Origin: Alphaproteobacteria bacterium
Lineage (GTDB): Bacteria; Pseudomonadota; Alphaproteobacteria; GCA-2731375
Assembly: GCA_016776605.1 (NCBI GenBank)
Contig: JADHTB010000022.1
Coordinates: forward strand, 714 to 64,713
DNA length: 64,000 nucleotides
Direction: 5' to 3'
Shown: piece by piece, positions 17,198-25,654 of the stretch
Numbering within the stretch: position 1 is the stretch's first letter
Layout of the letters: every line of letters begins with the position of its first letter
Made by a program: the position numbers and the translations under genes
The notes under the pieces: model-generated
Seen by the model: only the letters and a program-made list of their open reading frames with translations
Told to the model about the DNA's origin: nothing
The model's database searches: none

Positions 17198-17899
17198 ATG
17201 CTTAGGAAAATTCGGGTGCTACCAGTCATGATTTTGGCCGCGATGATGCTGCTGGGCATCAAAGTTGTTGAACTGCGTCGTGGGATCTCGGACTTCGCCT
17301 TTGCCACCGCCTGGGCCCAGAGTGATAAGAGCAAGGGTAGTACGGCAAAACCCGAGCAGGCCAAGTCGCCGGCGCCGGTGGACGAACCTGTCGAAAAGGC
17401 AGGCAAGATAGCTGCGTCAAAGAGCGCCGGGGATGCCGACAAGACAACGGCCAGACCCGCCAAAGTTAGTCGGAAGACCAAATTCTCGCCTTCGGAAATA
17501 GAAGTGCTGCAAAAGCTTTCGGGCCGGCGCGAGACATTGGAACAGCGATCCCGGCAAATGGCCATGCGGGAGAAAATTCTGCAGGCCACGGAAAAGCGCA
17601 TCGATAATAAAATTGGCGAGCTAAAAAAGCTCGAAGGGCAAATCAAAGGCCTGCTGCTGGAGCATGACAAGGAAAACGAAACGCAGATCAAGAGCCTCGT
17701 GAAAGTCTACGAAAATATGAAGCCAAAGCAGGCGGCAAGAATATTCGAAGAGCTGGAGATGGATGTCTTGCTCAATGTGGCCGAACGCATGAAGGAAGTA
17801 AAAATGGCCAAAATATTGGCGGCCATGGCCCCGAATAAGGCTAAAACCTTGACTGTAAAACTGGCGACCCGGCGGCCCCTGCCAAAGACTGGAGGATAG
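17198..17899 (+). CDS. motE: MotE-family (MgtE_N-like) flagellar motor protein
   Basis: ORF 17189..17899. ATG 17198 follows AGGTG. Signal/TM segment, Lys-rich coiled coil, then VYENMKPKQAARIFEELEMDVLLNVAERMKEVKMAKILAAMAP (MgtE_N/MotE pattern). Confidence 0.7.
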   Translation: MLRKIRVLPVMILAAMMLLGIKVVELRRGISDFAFATAWAQSDKSKGSTAKPEQAKSPAPVDEPVEKAGKIAASKSAGDADKTTARPAKVSRKTKFSPSEIEVLQKLSGRRETLEQRSRQMAMREKILQATEKRIDNKIGELKKLEGQIKGLLLEHDKENETQIKSLVKVYENMKPKQAARIFEELEMDVLLNVAERMKEVKMAKILAAMAPNKAKTLTVKLATRRPLPKTGG

Positions 17900-18028
17900 G
17901 ATGGCGCGCGGAGGTGTATGACCCGTTTTCCCTGGTTACTGAATGTTAGGGAAATTCAAGCATAATATTAAGTCAATCTGTAGAGGACCCTGGGCAAGCA
18001 TGATTTGTTGGAGCCGAGGGTGCGGAGA

Positions 18029-19864
18029 ATGTCTGAGAAGTCACATTTCGAAATAATGTCGTACAGCGGCAGCCGTTGGGATCTCGAGGCGATTGCGCCA
18101 AGCCACGAGGATGCGATTGCACGCGCCAACGACATGATGGAACGGACAAGTAGCAGCGCCTTGAAGGTCAATCGCCTCTCTTTTAGTAATGCGACCGGCG
18201 AATTCCGTGAAAAAGAAGTTCTCTTTCTAGGGACCAGGCCCAGTACCGCGCGGACACATGGCGACGGCGTGGACGCAGGTTCGCCTTGTCAGACCTTGGA
18301 GCAGGTTTTTTCTTTACAATCACGTCAGGCCATTCGCCGTGTCATGCGGCAATGGCTGGATGCCCACCAGGTAACACCAGTGGAATTGCTGCACCTGCCT
18401 GAATACATCAATCGTTTCCAGGCGTCGGGCTCGATGCTGCAAAGCACCGTACAGCGCGCCGCCTTGGCTCAGGCTGGCGCTTACAAATTGAACGCCAAAT
18501 TGCGTCAGCGGGAATTGTACGATCTGGTTGACGAAGTCGCCGCGAAAGCCAGATTGATGTGGCGGACAACAGATCTTATTCCGGTCATTGAAGGTGATGG
18601 TTTGGACGGTCTGGTCGACCGTTTGGGCGATGCCAAGGACCAGGAGTATATATTTAATGCGGCGCTGGCCAATTGGCTGCGCCGATTCAAAACGGGCCCG
18701 GAGAAATTCCTTGCCTTGCTGGATATGGTGGCGGGATCCAAGAGACCGGCCGCGATCATACATTTGGATGAATTTTTGGCAGATTTTCTTGAATCCGCTA
18801 ACGTGGTCGCTACGGTGATTGGCAAGGAAACCAGTCTGGGTGGTGCTGTTTTACGCCTGGCTGCATTGATCAACCCTGGCGCAGCGACGGAAGTTGCGAC
18901 CGCGGCGGCGGCTCCGGCAGCCACCGATGCAGCCACCGATACTGGGGCTGGGAAAAAACGCCCGAGGGATCCCGACGAGATTTATGATGATTCCGGCGAT
19001 GGCGGGGATGAAATTCCGGAACATCCCGCGGTCGAAAAATTTCGCCAAATGATGCGGCTTGAAAGCTTTCCGAAATGCCGGCAGTCCCTGATCCGCCGCA
19101 TGGAACAAACCTTGACCGGGCCTCGTTCCTTCACGGGTCAGGGCACTTTGGCCGATGCCCAAATATTGGGGCAGCTTCATGCCCGACTATGCAATGAGAA
19201 TGGTAAATTTGCCCTGGGTGCGGAGCTGGGAGAGGCTTTTGTCGTGCGCTCGCAAACATATATCGGCGGCAAGTCAATCGGCGATCTGCTGGACGGTGTA
19301 ACATTGCCGTTGCCGCGAGTGAAGATCCTGCTGGATGTTGAAAAGGGTATTTTTGGCAAGGCGGGCCGGCAACGAATTGGCGACTACATCATGGCGATTT
19401 TGGAGGAGCCGGAAAATCAAGCCGTTTTGCGCAATCCGGATACGCCGCCAGCAATCCACATGCGCAATTTAGCCGGCATACAACGGCTGATAGGGAATGC
19501 CAGCATTTCGAATGCGCAAAAGGAAGCTGCCGCGGCGGTTTTGGATGATATTTGTATCGATATTCTGGACAGGGGACAGATACTCGCGAAAATCGCCGAC
19601 CGGTCGTCCAGCAATATTGACGAATGCATGTCGATTTTAAAGCTTTGCGCGGCTGGAAGTTTTACGGAAGGACGGGCCGCGGAACTGGCCCGTAGCCGGG
19701 CAACGGCGGTCATGCGCGCGCCTGGCTTTGCAGAGGCATTTCTGCGCCGGGGTAACGACAGGGCGGAAATGCAGAAGATGTTGGTGGAACTTGAAATGCT
19801 GATGGCCAAGGCGGGTATCAGTAGTCTTCCGCTGATGGGTGCGATGGCTTCGGCGCAAGCATAA
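18029..19864 (+). CDS. Hypothetical 611-aa soluble helical protein embedded in the flagellar cluster
   Basis: ORF 18005..19864. Start MSEKSHFEIMSY at 18029 follows GGTGCGGAG. No TM segment or signal peptide, an Ala/Asp-rich linker around residue 300, and no family I recognise. Confidence 0.6.
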   Translation: MSEKSHFEIMSYSGSRWDLEAIAPSHEDAIARANDMMERTSSSALKVNRLSFSNATGEFREKEVLFLGTRPSTARTHGDGVDAGSPCQTLEQVFSLQSRQAIRRVMRQWLDAHQVTPVELLHLPEYINRFQASGSMLQSTVQRAALAQAGAYKLNAKLRQRELYDLVDEVAAKARLMWRTTDLIPVIEGDGLDGLVDRLGDAKDQEYIFNAALANWLRRFKTGPEKFLALLDMVAGSKRPAAIIHLDEFLADFLESANVVATVIGKETSLGGAVLRLAALINPGAATEVATAAAAPAATDAATDTGAGKKRPRDPDEIYDDSGDGGDEIPEHPAVEKFRQMMRLESFPKCRQSLIRRMEQTLTGPRSFTGQGTLADAQILGQLHARLCNENGKFALGAELGEAFVVRSQTYIGGKSIGDLLDGVTLPLPRVKILLDVEKGIFGKAGRQRIGDYIMAILEEPENQAVLRNPDTPPAIHMRNLAGIQRLIGNASISNAQKEAAAAVLDDICIDILDRGQILAKIADRSSSNIDECMSILKLCAAGSFTEGRAAELARSRATAVMRAPGFAEAFLRRGNDRAEMQKMLVELEMLMAKAGISSLPLMGAMASAQA

Positions 19865-19885
19865 TTGAACGATTTAGCGGCCTTC

Positions 19886-19901
19886 TTAAATCGCCGTTAA
19901 C
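19886..19901 (+). promoter_or_regulatory. Consensus CtrA box upstream of the cheZ-like gene
   Basis: TTAAatcgccgTTAAC is a perfect TTAA-N7-TTAAC, 86 bp upstream of ATG 19987. Confidence 0.6.
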
Positions 19902-19986
19902 CCTTTTTCTTTAGATTTTCCAAATCACAAACTGGAACACGCCGAGTTGCCGGGGCATAGGCCAACGGTAAAGCTGGAGGGTCAAT

Positions 19987-20646
19987 ATGAATGCGCTAGC
20001 GGTGCTGCCAAGTCTGGTTGATACGATCGAGGAAATTCGTCAGTCAAGCGGCGGGCCGGTGGCCATCGACGATATTGCAGGCATCGTTGTTTCATTGATG
20101 ACCTCGATCCAGGGGGATTTATCTTCCACCGATTTGCAGGCGCATCAGGAATTGGAAGAATTGGTGCATTATATCAAAAATGCCCGTGCCGAAATTTCCG
20201 CCATTCGTCCAAACAGCATTCGTGATGAGGAAATTCCGACGGCCAATAGTGAACTCGATGCCATTGTAGCGGCGACCGAGGAGGCGACCGGCGTTTTCCT
20301 TGATGTCGCCGAGCAGTTGGAAACCATGGCCGACAATATGGGTGGCGAAGACGGCGAGGCGATCCATGAAATGACAGCCCGGATGTACGAAGCATCGAAC
20401 TTTCAGGATATTACCGGTCAACGGATTACCAAGGTGGTCAGCACCCTCAGCTATATCGAGGCCAAGGTCGAGCGTCTGTCCCGCATCATCGATGGTCAGG
20501 ATATTTCTGACGTGGATGCCATGTCGATGGAAGATCTGATGCCACCGGATGACCGTCCCGACGCCGACCTGCTGCATGGGCCCGCCATGCCAGAGCAAGC
20601 CAACAACCAGGATGATATCGACGCTCTATTGGCGAGCTTCGATTGA
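19987..20646 (+). CDS. cheZ: CheZ-like CheY-P phosphatase
   Basis: 219 aa. Catalytic signature ASNFQDITGQRITKV (D-x3-Q as in E. coli CheZ D143/Q147). Acidic C-terminal peptide QDDIDALLASFD resembles the CheY-binding tail. GGAGGG RBS. Confidence 0.75.
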   Translation: MNALAVLPSLVDTIEEIRQSSGGPVAIDDIAGIVVSLMTSIQGDLSSTDLQAHQELEELVHYIKNARAEISAIRPNSIRDEEIPTANSELDAIVAATEEATGVFLDVAEQLETMADNMGGEDGEAIHEMTARMYEASNFQDITGQRITKVVSTLSYIEAKVERLSRIIDGQDISDVDAMSMEDLMPPDDRPDADLLHGPAMPEQANNQDDIDALLASFD

Positions 20647-20652
20647 TGCATC

Positions 20653-21339
20653 ATGGATCAGCCGCGCCAGGCCCATAGACGCAGCAGCGAGGACAATGGC
20701 AACGTTGTCCTGATGTCGCTCTACCTGCTTCTGGTCGCCTTTTTTATCCTGCTTAACTCCATGGCCCACTATGAAGTTTCACGCGTTGAAGAGGTAATGG
20801 GCAGCGTCAAGTCAGAGTTCCGTAATCAATGGGCGGTCGCCGATACGGGACTCTCGGTTCCCAGCCAACGCGGCCTGGCCCCGGCTGTCGATGATTTTCA
20901 TGGCGAAGTACGCCAATTTTTTGAAGAAACGTTGCCGGTCGATCATGTCGAACCGGAGCGGCGTGGCGATATGATCCGTTTTGCCGTTCCAGTCGACGAT
21001 CTGTTTCGCCCGGACGCGGTCGCGCCCCGGCCGCGCGGACGGGCCTTTCTGGATCGCATGGCGTCCAGCTTGAAAAAAGTCCGTCCTGGTTTGCAGGCAG
21101 AAGTGGAAATGGTGTTGGGCACGGGCATAACCTTGCCAGGTGGAGATGATGCCGTCGGTGCTTTTGAAATGCGCCGGGTGTCCAGCCTGGCCCATGCCTT
21201 GCGCCGGCGTGGTGTTGCCGCCATGGCAATGCGTACCGGTCTGATGCCCGGCGATCCGGGGCAGATCTCGTTCATCTTCAGGGTCCATGACGAAACGCGG
21301 GCGCGGGTAACGTTCTCCGAACTTGTGGTGCGGCAATGA
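20653..21339 (+). CDS. Degenerate MotB-like membrane protein lacking the channel Asp and the GHTD peptidoglycan-binding motif
   Basis: 228 aa. The TM helix VVLMSLYLLLVAFFILL aligns to MotB WMVTFADLLALLLAFFVLL with Ser in place of Asp. The C-terminal OmpA-like fold is only vestigial (RFAVPVDDLF...EVEMVLGTG). Confidence 0.55.
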   Translation: MDQPRQAHRRSSEDNGNVVLMSLYLLLVAFFILLNSMAHYEVSRVEEVMGSVKSEFRNQWAVADTGLSVPSQRGLAPAVDDFHGEVRQFFEETLPVDHVEPERRGDMIRFAVPVDDLFRPDAVAPRPRGRAFLDRMASSLKKVRPGLQAEVEMVLGTGITLPGGDDAVGAFEMRRVSSLAHALRRRGVAAMAMRTGLMPGDPGQISFIFRVHDETRARVTFSELVVRQ

Positions 21340-22064
21340 CGGAATATTCGCCAATCCGCATCCGCCGCCCGGTCTCTCGTGCCTGGATGGTCACGTTTGC
21401 CGATCTGCTCGCTTTATTGCTGGCGTTTTTCGTGCTGCTGTTCGCCATGTCGAAAGTGGAAACGAATGCCTGGAAGACAATGGTTGATGCGCTGTCAAGC
21501 CGTCTGCGCCCTTTGCACCAATGGATCCAGCCACAGGTGGTGATGGAAAGCACCGCGCCCAAACCGTTCGCTAAACGGGCCATTGATCTGGATTATCTGG
21601 CAGGTATTTTACAGGCTAAAATGGCCGGCAGCGAGATACTGGGGCAGAGTATTCTACACCGCCTGGATGACGCCCTGGTCGTCTCACTGCCGGGACATCT
21701 GCTGTTTTTACCAGGCCAGGCGCGATTGCAGGCGGGCAGTCAACAGGTCATGGCGACCTTGGGCACGGCTTTGAAATTGGTTGGTAACAATGTTGAACTG
21801 GTTGGTCACACGGACGCTTCGCCACCGCCGTCCGGCTCGGCCTTTAATTCCAATTGGGACCTCTCCCTGGCACGCGCCCTGGCATTGGCCCGCGGCTTGC
21901 GGGCGGTGGGTTATACCGAGACGATCAAGGTTATTGGCGCCGCCGACGCCGGCTATGACGATATTTCATCGAAACTGTCCGATGCCCAGCGGCATATATT
22001 GTCACGGCGGGTTGATCTGGTTATTCGCGAGACTTCGGCCGAGGGAGGCGCCAATGCGCCATAG
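21336..22064 (+). CDS. motB: MotB-type flagellar stator protein (OmpA_C-like domain)
   Basis: 242 aa. AWMVTFADLLALLLAFFVLLFAMS carries the conserved Asp. VELVGHTDASP...SNWDLSLARALALARGL. ATGA overlap with the upstream gene. Confidence 0.8.
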   Translation: MTEYSPIRIRRPVSRAWMVTFADLLALLLAFFVLLFAMSKVETNAWKTMVDALSSRLRPLHQWIQPQVVMESTAPKPFAKRAIDLDYLAGILQAKMAGSEILGQSILHRLDDALVVSLPGHLLFLPGQARLQAGSQQVMATLGTALKLVGNNVELVGHTDASPPPSGSAFNSNWDLSLARALALARGLRAVGYTETIKVIGAADAGYDDISSKLSDAQRHILSRRVDLVIRETSAEGGANAP

Positions 22065-25000
22065 CCGCATTCTGTTGGCCGGCATTACATTGCTGATGGC
22101 ACTGATCTTCATCGCCGGATCGGGCCACGACGCCCTGGCGGCGACCAATGTGAAGGTGCGGGCCGGTGTCCATAAGAATTATGCCCGGCTCGTATTCGAC
22201 TGGCCGATACCGGTCACCTACACCACCGATTTGGGTGCCGACCATCTGCGCATTCGCTTTTCCAAGCCCTTTGCGGCGAACTACACCGCTGTTCTGCGGC
22301 ATTTGGATAAATTTATAGCCAGCATCGTGGCCTCCAAGGACGGTCACGCGGTTGATCTGAAATTGCTGCAGCCTGTCCGCGTGCGGGACCATCGCGTCGA
22401 TGGGGTCCTGGTCTTTGACCTGTTGGCCGATCAGAAAGCCAAGGCGCCGAAGAACACTGGCGAGAAAGCTTCCGAGAAGAAACCTTCCAGCAAAAAAATC
22501 ACCGCCAAGGTAGCGGCCAACGCCACCAGGGCGGCGGAACGCGCACGTATTGCCGCGGTCCAGGCAGCAATTGGTACATCGGAACGGGTGCTGATCCGGG
22601 CCGGCGAACATGGCAAACTGAGCCGTCTGGTCTTCGATTGGCGTCGCAATGTCGCCTATAGCGTGGTGCTTGGCGAAGGCGGCTTGAGCGTGGCTTTTGC
22701 GCGCCCGGCCCTTTTTGATCTGACGGAGTTGCAAAAGGATCCGCCCCGTTTCATTCTGGGTGCCGATGCGGCCGTCGACAAGAACGGCGCGCGGGTGACC
22801 GTGCGCACAAAAGTTGGCGTCCGGTTCCGTCATTTTCGCGCCGGCACCAAAGTCGTGCTGGATATCTATGCCGCGAAAAAAGCTCGGAACACGACGCATA
22901 CCAAGACCGCCAAAAACGCCAAAAACGCGAAAAGCACCGAAGTCGCCGCTGATGCCAAAGCCGCCCCATTGGGCGTAGGCCCGGCGAAACTTGTCCCCCA
23001 CATGTCCATGCTGCGCGCCGCGCAGGAACATGGCATTGAAGAATATCTCAAGCTGGCTGCGAAGGCGGCCACGGGCGGCCCCAAATCCCTGCTTGGCGGC
23101 GCCAAGAAGGGCCAGCAGGACCAGCGGGAAGAGCCTGGCGAGAGCCAGCCAGCCGTCGATGCGGACGCCGGAAAACTGCATAATGTCCGCATTGAATTGG
23201 CTGAAAAAGGCGACGAGCTGCGATTATTGTTCGCTTGGGAAAAACCAGTGCCGGCAGTGGTCTTTCAACGTTCCGGCTATGTCTGGGCGGTGTTTGGCCG
23301 CCGCTCGGAAATCGACAGCCAGCGCCTGATCGGCAACGACTGGATCAGCGGCGCTAGTCAAATTCGCAATAACGAGGCCACGGTGTTGCGCCTGAAGGTG
23401 CGGGCTGGCTTGTTCCCGGTCATGCAACGGCGGGGTAATTTCTGGCATTTGACGTTGAGCCCATCACGGGGCGGACCCAAAACCCTGCTGTCACCGACAC
23501 CGCAGCCGTTTCACAAGAATGGCCCGCGGGTATTCATCCCCGCCCTGGATTCCGCTCGCCAGGTACGTCTCTATGATCCGGAAGTCGGGGACGAAATATT
23601 TGCTGTCCCCATGTTGGCTTCCGGTGCCGGGATGCCGATCCGACACAATTATGTGGAATTTCAGCTTCTTGCCACCGCCCAAGGTCTCGTCATCAAGTCC
23701 GAGATCGACGATCTTATAATCCGTGCGGCGCGGCATGGAGTGATCGCGACGACCAGAACCGGGCTGGTGATATCCGCCCTGGATGCCAATTCGGTTCGGA
23801 CCTCAAACACCTATTCCGCGTCCATGAAGGGGCCGCTCATGCAATTGTATGATTGGCGTGGCGGCCGCGAGGCAGATCCCAAGGTATTTAACGATTATCA
23901 CAAGGCGTTGTTGTTTCGCCTGGCATCCGCGCCCAAGGCGGGCCGCAACAAAGTCCGTTGGGAATTGGCTAAATTCCATCTTGGCCATGGTCTGTTCGCC
24001 AAGGCTGGAGGCATATTGCAATTGATGGAGGAAAGCGACGCCCGCGCCTCCGTGGATCCGCATTTTCGTGCCGCGCGCGGTCTGACACGCCTGCTTCTGA
24101 ACCATTTGCCGGAAGCCGAGAAGGATTTGAGCAACATCGATCTGAAGCTTTATCCCGATGTGGCGCTTTGGCACGGCAGCGTCCTGTCCCGGCTTGGCAA
24201 ATATGACGAGGCAAACCGGCGATTTGTTCAGGGCGCCCGGGCTTTGCCCAGTTTGCCGGAAGAATTCCGGTCCCGCCTATTCGAGGACTGGGCCGTGGCC
24301 GCAGCCGCTATCGACGACAAGGCCAGTCTGCATTCGGCCGCGCAGAAATGGCGGAAAATGGAAAGCGGGGACCGCATCACCACTGTTTTGGAATTCCTGG
24401 CCGGCAATGCCGCGCTGCGGGACAAGGAATACGAAAAGGCCGAAAAACATCTTAAAACCGCCATCGAGGCGGGCTATCGCCCCTATGCCGCGCGGGCCCG
24501 CCTCGCCTTGATCGATGCCGAAAGAGAGCAGGAAAAGATCAGCCAGGACGAGGCGATCGGACGCTACGAAAGTTTGCGCTTTGCCTGGCGCGGCGACAGC
24601 GTCGAACTGGATTTGATCGATCGCGCCGTTGGTCTGGAAATGAACAAGCAGGATTATGCCGGCGCAATGAGGCATTTGCGCGCCGCCGTATCAAATTTCC
24701 CGAAAACCAAGACGACCCTGAATATGGCCGAGCGCATGAAGGAAATTTTTGTCGACCTGTTTTTGAACGGCAAGGTGGATGACCTGCCGCCGATCAGCGC
24801 GTTGGCCCTGTATTTCGAGTTCAAGGAACTCACGCCCCTGGGCAAGCAGGGTGACGCCATGATCCAGCGTTTGGCCGACCGGCTGGCCGACGTGGATCTT
24901 TTGGATCGGGCCGCCCGCCTGTTGGAGCATCAGGTTCGTTACCGTCTGCGGGGGGCGGAAAGAATCAAGGTCCAGACCCGGTTGGCGGTGATCTATTTGC

Positions 25001-25551
25001 TGGATGCCATGCCGGAAAAGGCCCTGAAAATTCTGAAGGACGGTAAGACCAAGAATTTGGGCGAGGCGCTGTTGGCCCAACGGCGCTATCTGCAGGCCCG
25101 GGCATTGTCCGAATTGGACAAGATTGATGAAGCCCTGGCGCTTCTGGCCGCTGATGACACGGCCCCCGCGAAACTGCTGCGGGCCGATATCTACTGGCGC
25201 GGGCAACGCTGGGCCAACGCCGCCGAGACCACGGAAAATCTACTGGGCCAACGCTGGCGGGCCGAGGACGGCCTGAACACCACGGAGCAGAGCCAGGTGG
25301 TGCAGCTGGCCGTCTCCTACTATATGGCCGGTGACGCCAAATCCTTGAAGGGCCTTAACCGTCGCTACGGTGACAAAATGGCCAAGGGTCCGCATGCCGA
25401 AACATTCCGGGTGCTAACCGACAAGGTCGATCAGTCACAGACTAAATTCCGCGATCTGGCCGGCCAGATCGCCCGCGTCGCCGATCTGGAAGCCTTCATG
25501 GCCTCGTACCGCAACAAGCTGAAAAACGGCGGCCTCAGCGCCCTGAATTGA
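22054..25551 (+). CDS. Exported 1165-aa protein with three AMIN-like beta modules plus a long TPR-like helical region
   Basis: ORF 21781..25551. Start MRHSRILLAGITLLMALIFIAGSGHDALA (signal peptide) at 22054 overlaps the motB stop by 11 nt. The three modules are marked by RLVFDW, RLVFDW and RLLFAW. Lys-rich linkers. The C-terminal ~600 aa are helical repeats. Confidence 0.7.
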   Translation: MRHSRILLAGITLLMALIFIAGSGHDALAATNVKVRAGVHKNYARLVFDWPIPVTYTTDLGADHLRIRFSKPFAANYTAVLRHLDKFIASIVASKDGHAVDLKLLQPVRVRDHRVDGVLVFDLLADQKAKAPKNTGEKASEKKPSSKKITAKVAANATRAAERARIAAVQAAIGTSERVLIRAGEHGKLSRLVFDWRRNVAYSVVLGEGGLSVAFARPALFDLTELQKDPPRFILGADAAVDKNGARVTVRTKVGVRFRHFRAGTKVVLDIYAAKKARNTTHTKTAKNAKNAKSTEVAADAKAAPLGVGPAKLVPHMSMLRAAQEHGIEEYLKLAAKAATGGPKSLLGGAKKGQQDQREEPGESQPAVDADAGKLHNVRIELAEKGDELRLLFAWEKPVPAVVFQRSGYVWAVFGRRSEIDSQRLIGNDWISGASQIRNNEATVLRLKVRAGLFPVMQRRGNFWHLTLSPSRGGPKTLLSPTPQPFHKNGPRVFIPALDSARQVRLYDPEVGDEIFAVPMLASGAGMPIRHNYVEFQLLATAQGLVIKSEIDDLIIRAARHGVIATTRTGLVISALDANSVRTSNTYSASMKGPLMQLYDWRGGREADPKVFNDYHKALLFRLASAPKAGRNKVRWELAKFHLGHGLFAKAGGILQLMEESDARASVDPHFRAARGLTRLLLNHLPEAEKDLSNIDLKLYPDVALWHGSVLSRLGKYDEANRRFVQGARALPSLPEEFRSRLFEDWAVAAAAIDDKASLHSAAQKWRKMESGDRITTVLEFLAGNAALRDKEYEKAEKHLKTAIEAGYRPYAARARLALIDAEREQEKISQDEAIGRYESLRFAWRGDSVELDLIDRAVGLEMNKQDYAGAMRHLRAAVSNFPKTKTTLNMAERMKEIFVDLFLNGKVDDLPPISALALYFEFKELTPLGKQGDAMIQRLADRLADVDLLDRAARLLEHQVRYRLRGAERIKVQTRLAVIYLLDAMPEKALKILKDGKTKNLGEALLAQRRYLQARALSELDKIDEALALLAADDTAPAKLLRADIYWRGQRWANAAETTENLLGQRWRAEDGLNTTEQSQVVQLAVSYYMAGDAKSLKGLNRRYGDKMAKGPHAETFRVLTDKVDQSQTKFRDLAGQIARVADLEAFMASYRNKLKNGGLSALN

Positions 25552-25654
25552 GGCTTGCCTCCGGCCTATGGACGATGACGCCGATAACGACATGCGGGCG
25601 ATCGAAAAATATGCGCTAATACCAATCAGCACCGGTTAGTATAAAGTGGCGGCC

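Noticed and set aside
21781-22053. Long N-terminal extension of the AMIN/TPR ORF (track start 21781)
   Set aside because: The extension lies entirely within motB in another frame. The in-frame ATG at 22054 is followed at once by a classical signal peptide.
22021-23181. 386-aa ORF on the minus strand inside the AMIN/TPR gene
   Set aside because: It is antisense to a gene with a signal peptide and clear repeat architecture. Its Arg/Gly/Ala/Pro-rich composition is typical of shadow frames in GC-rich DNA, and it has no RBS or family resemblance.
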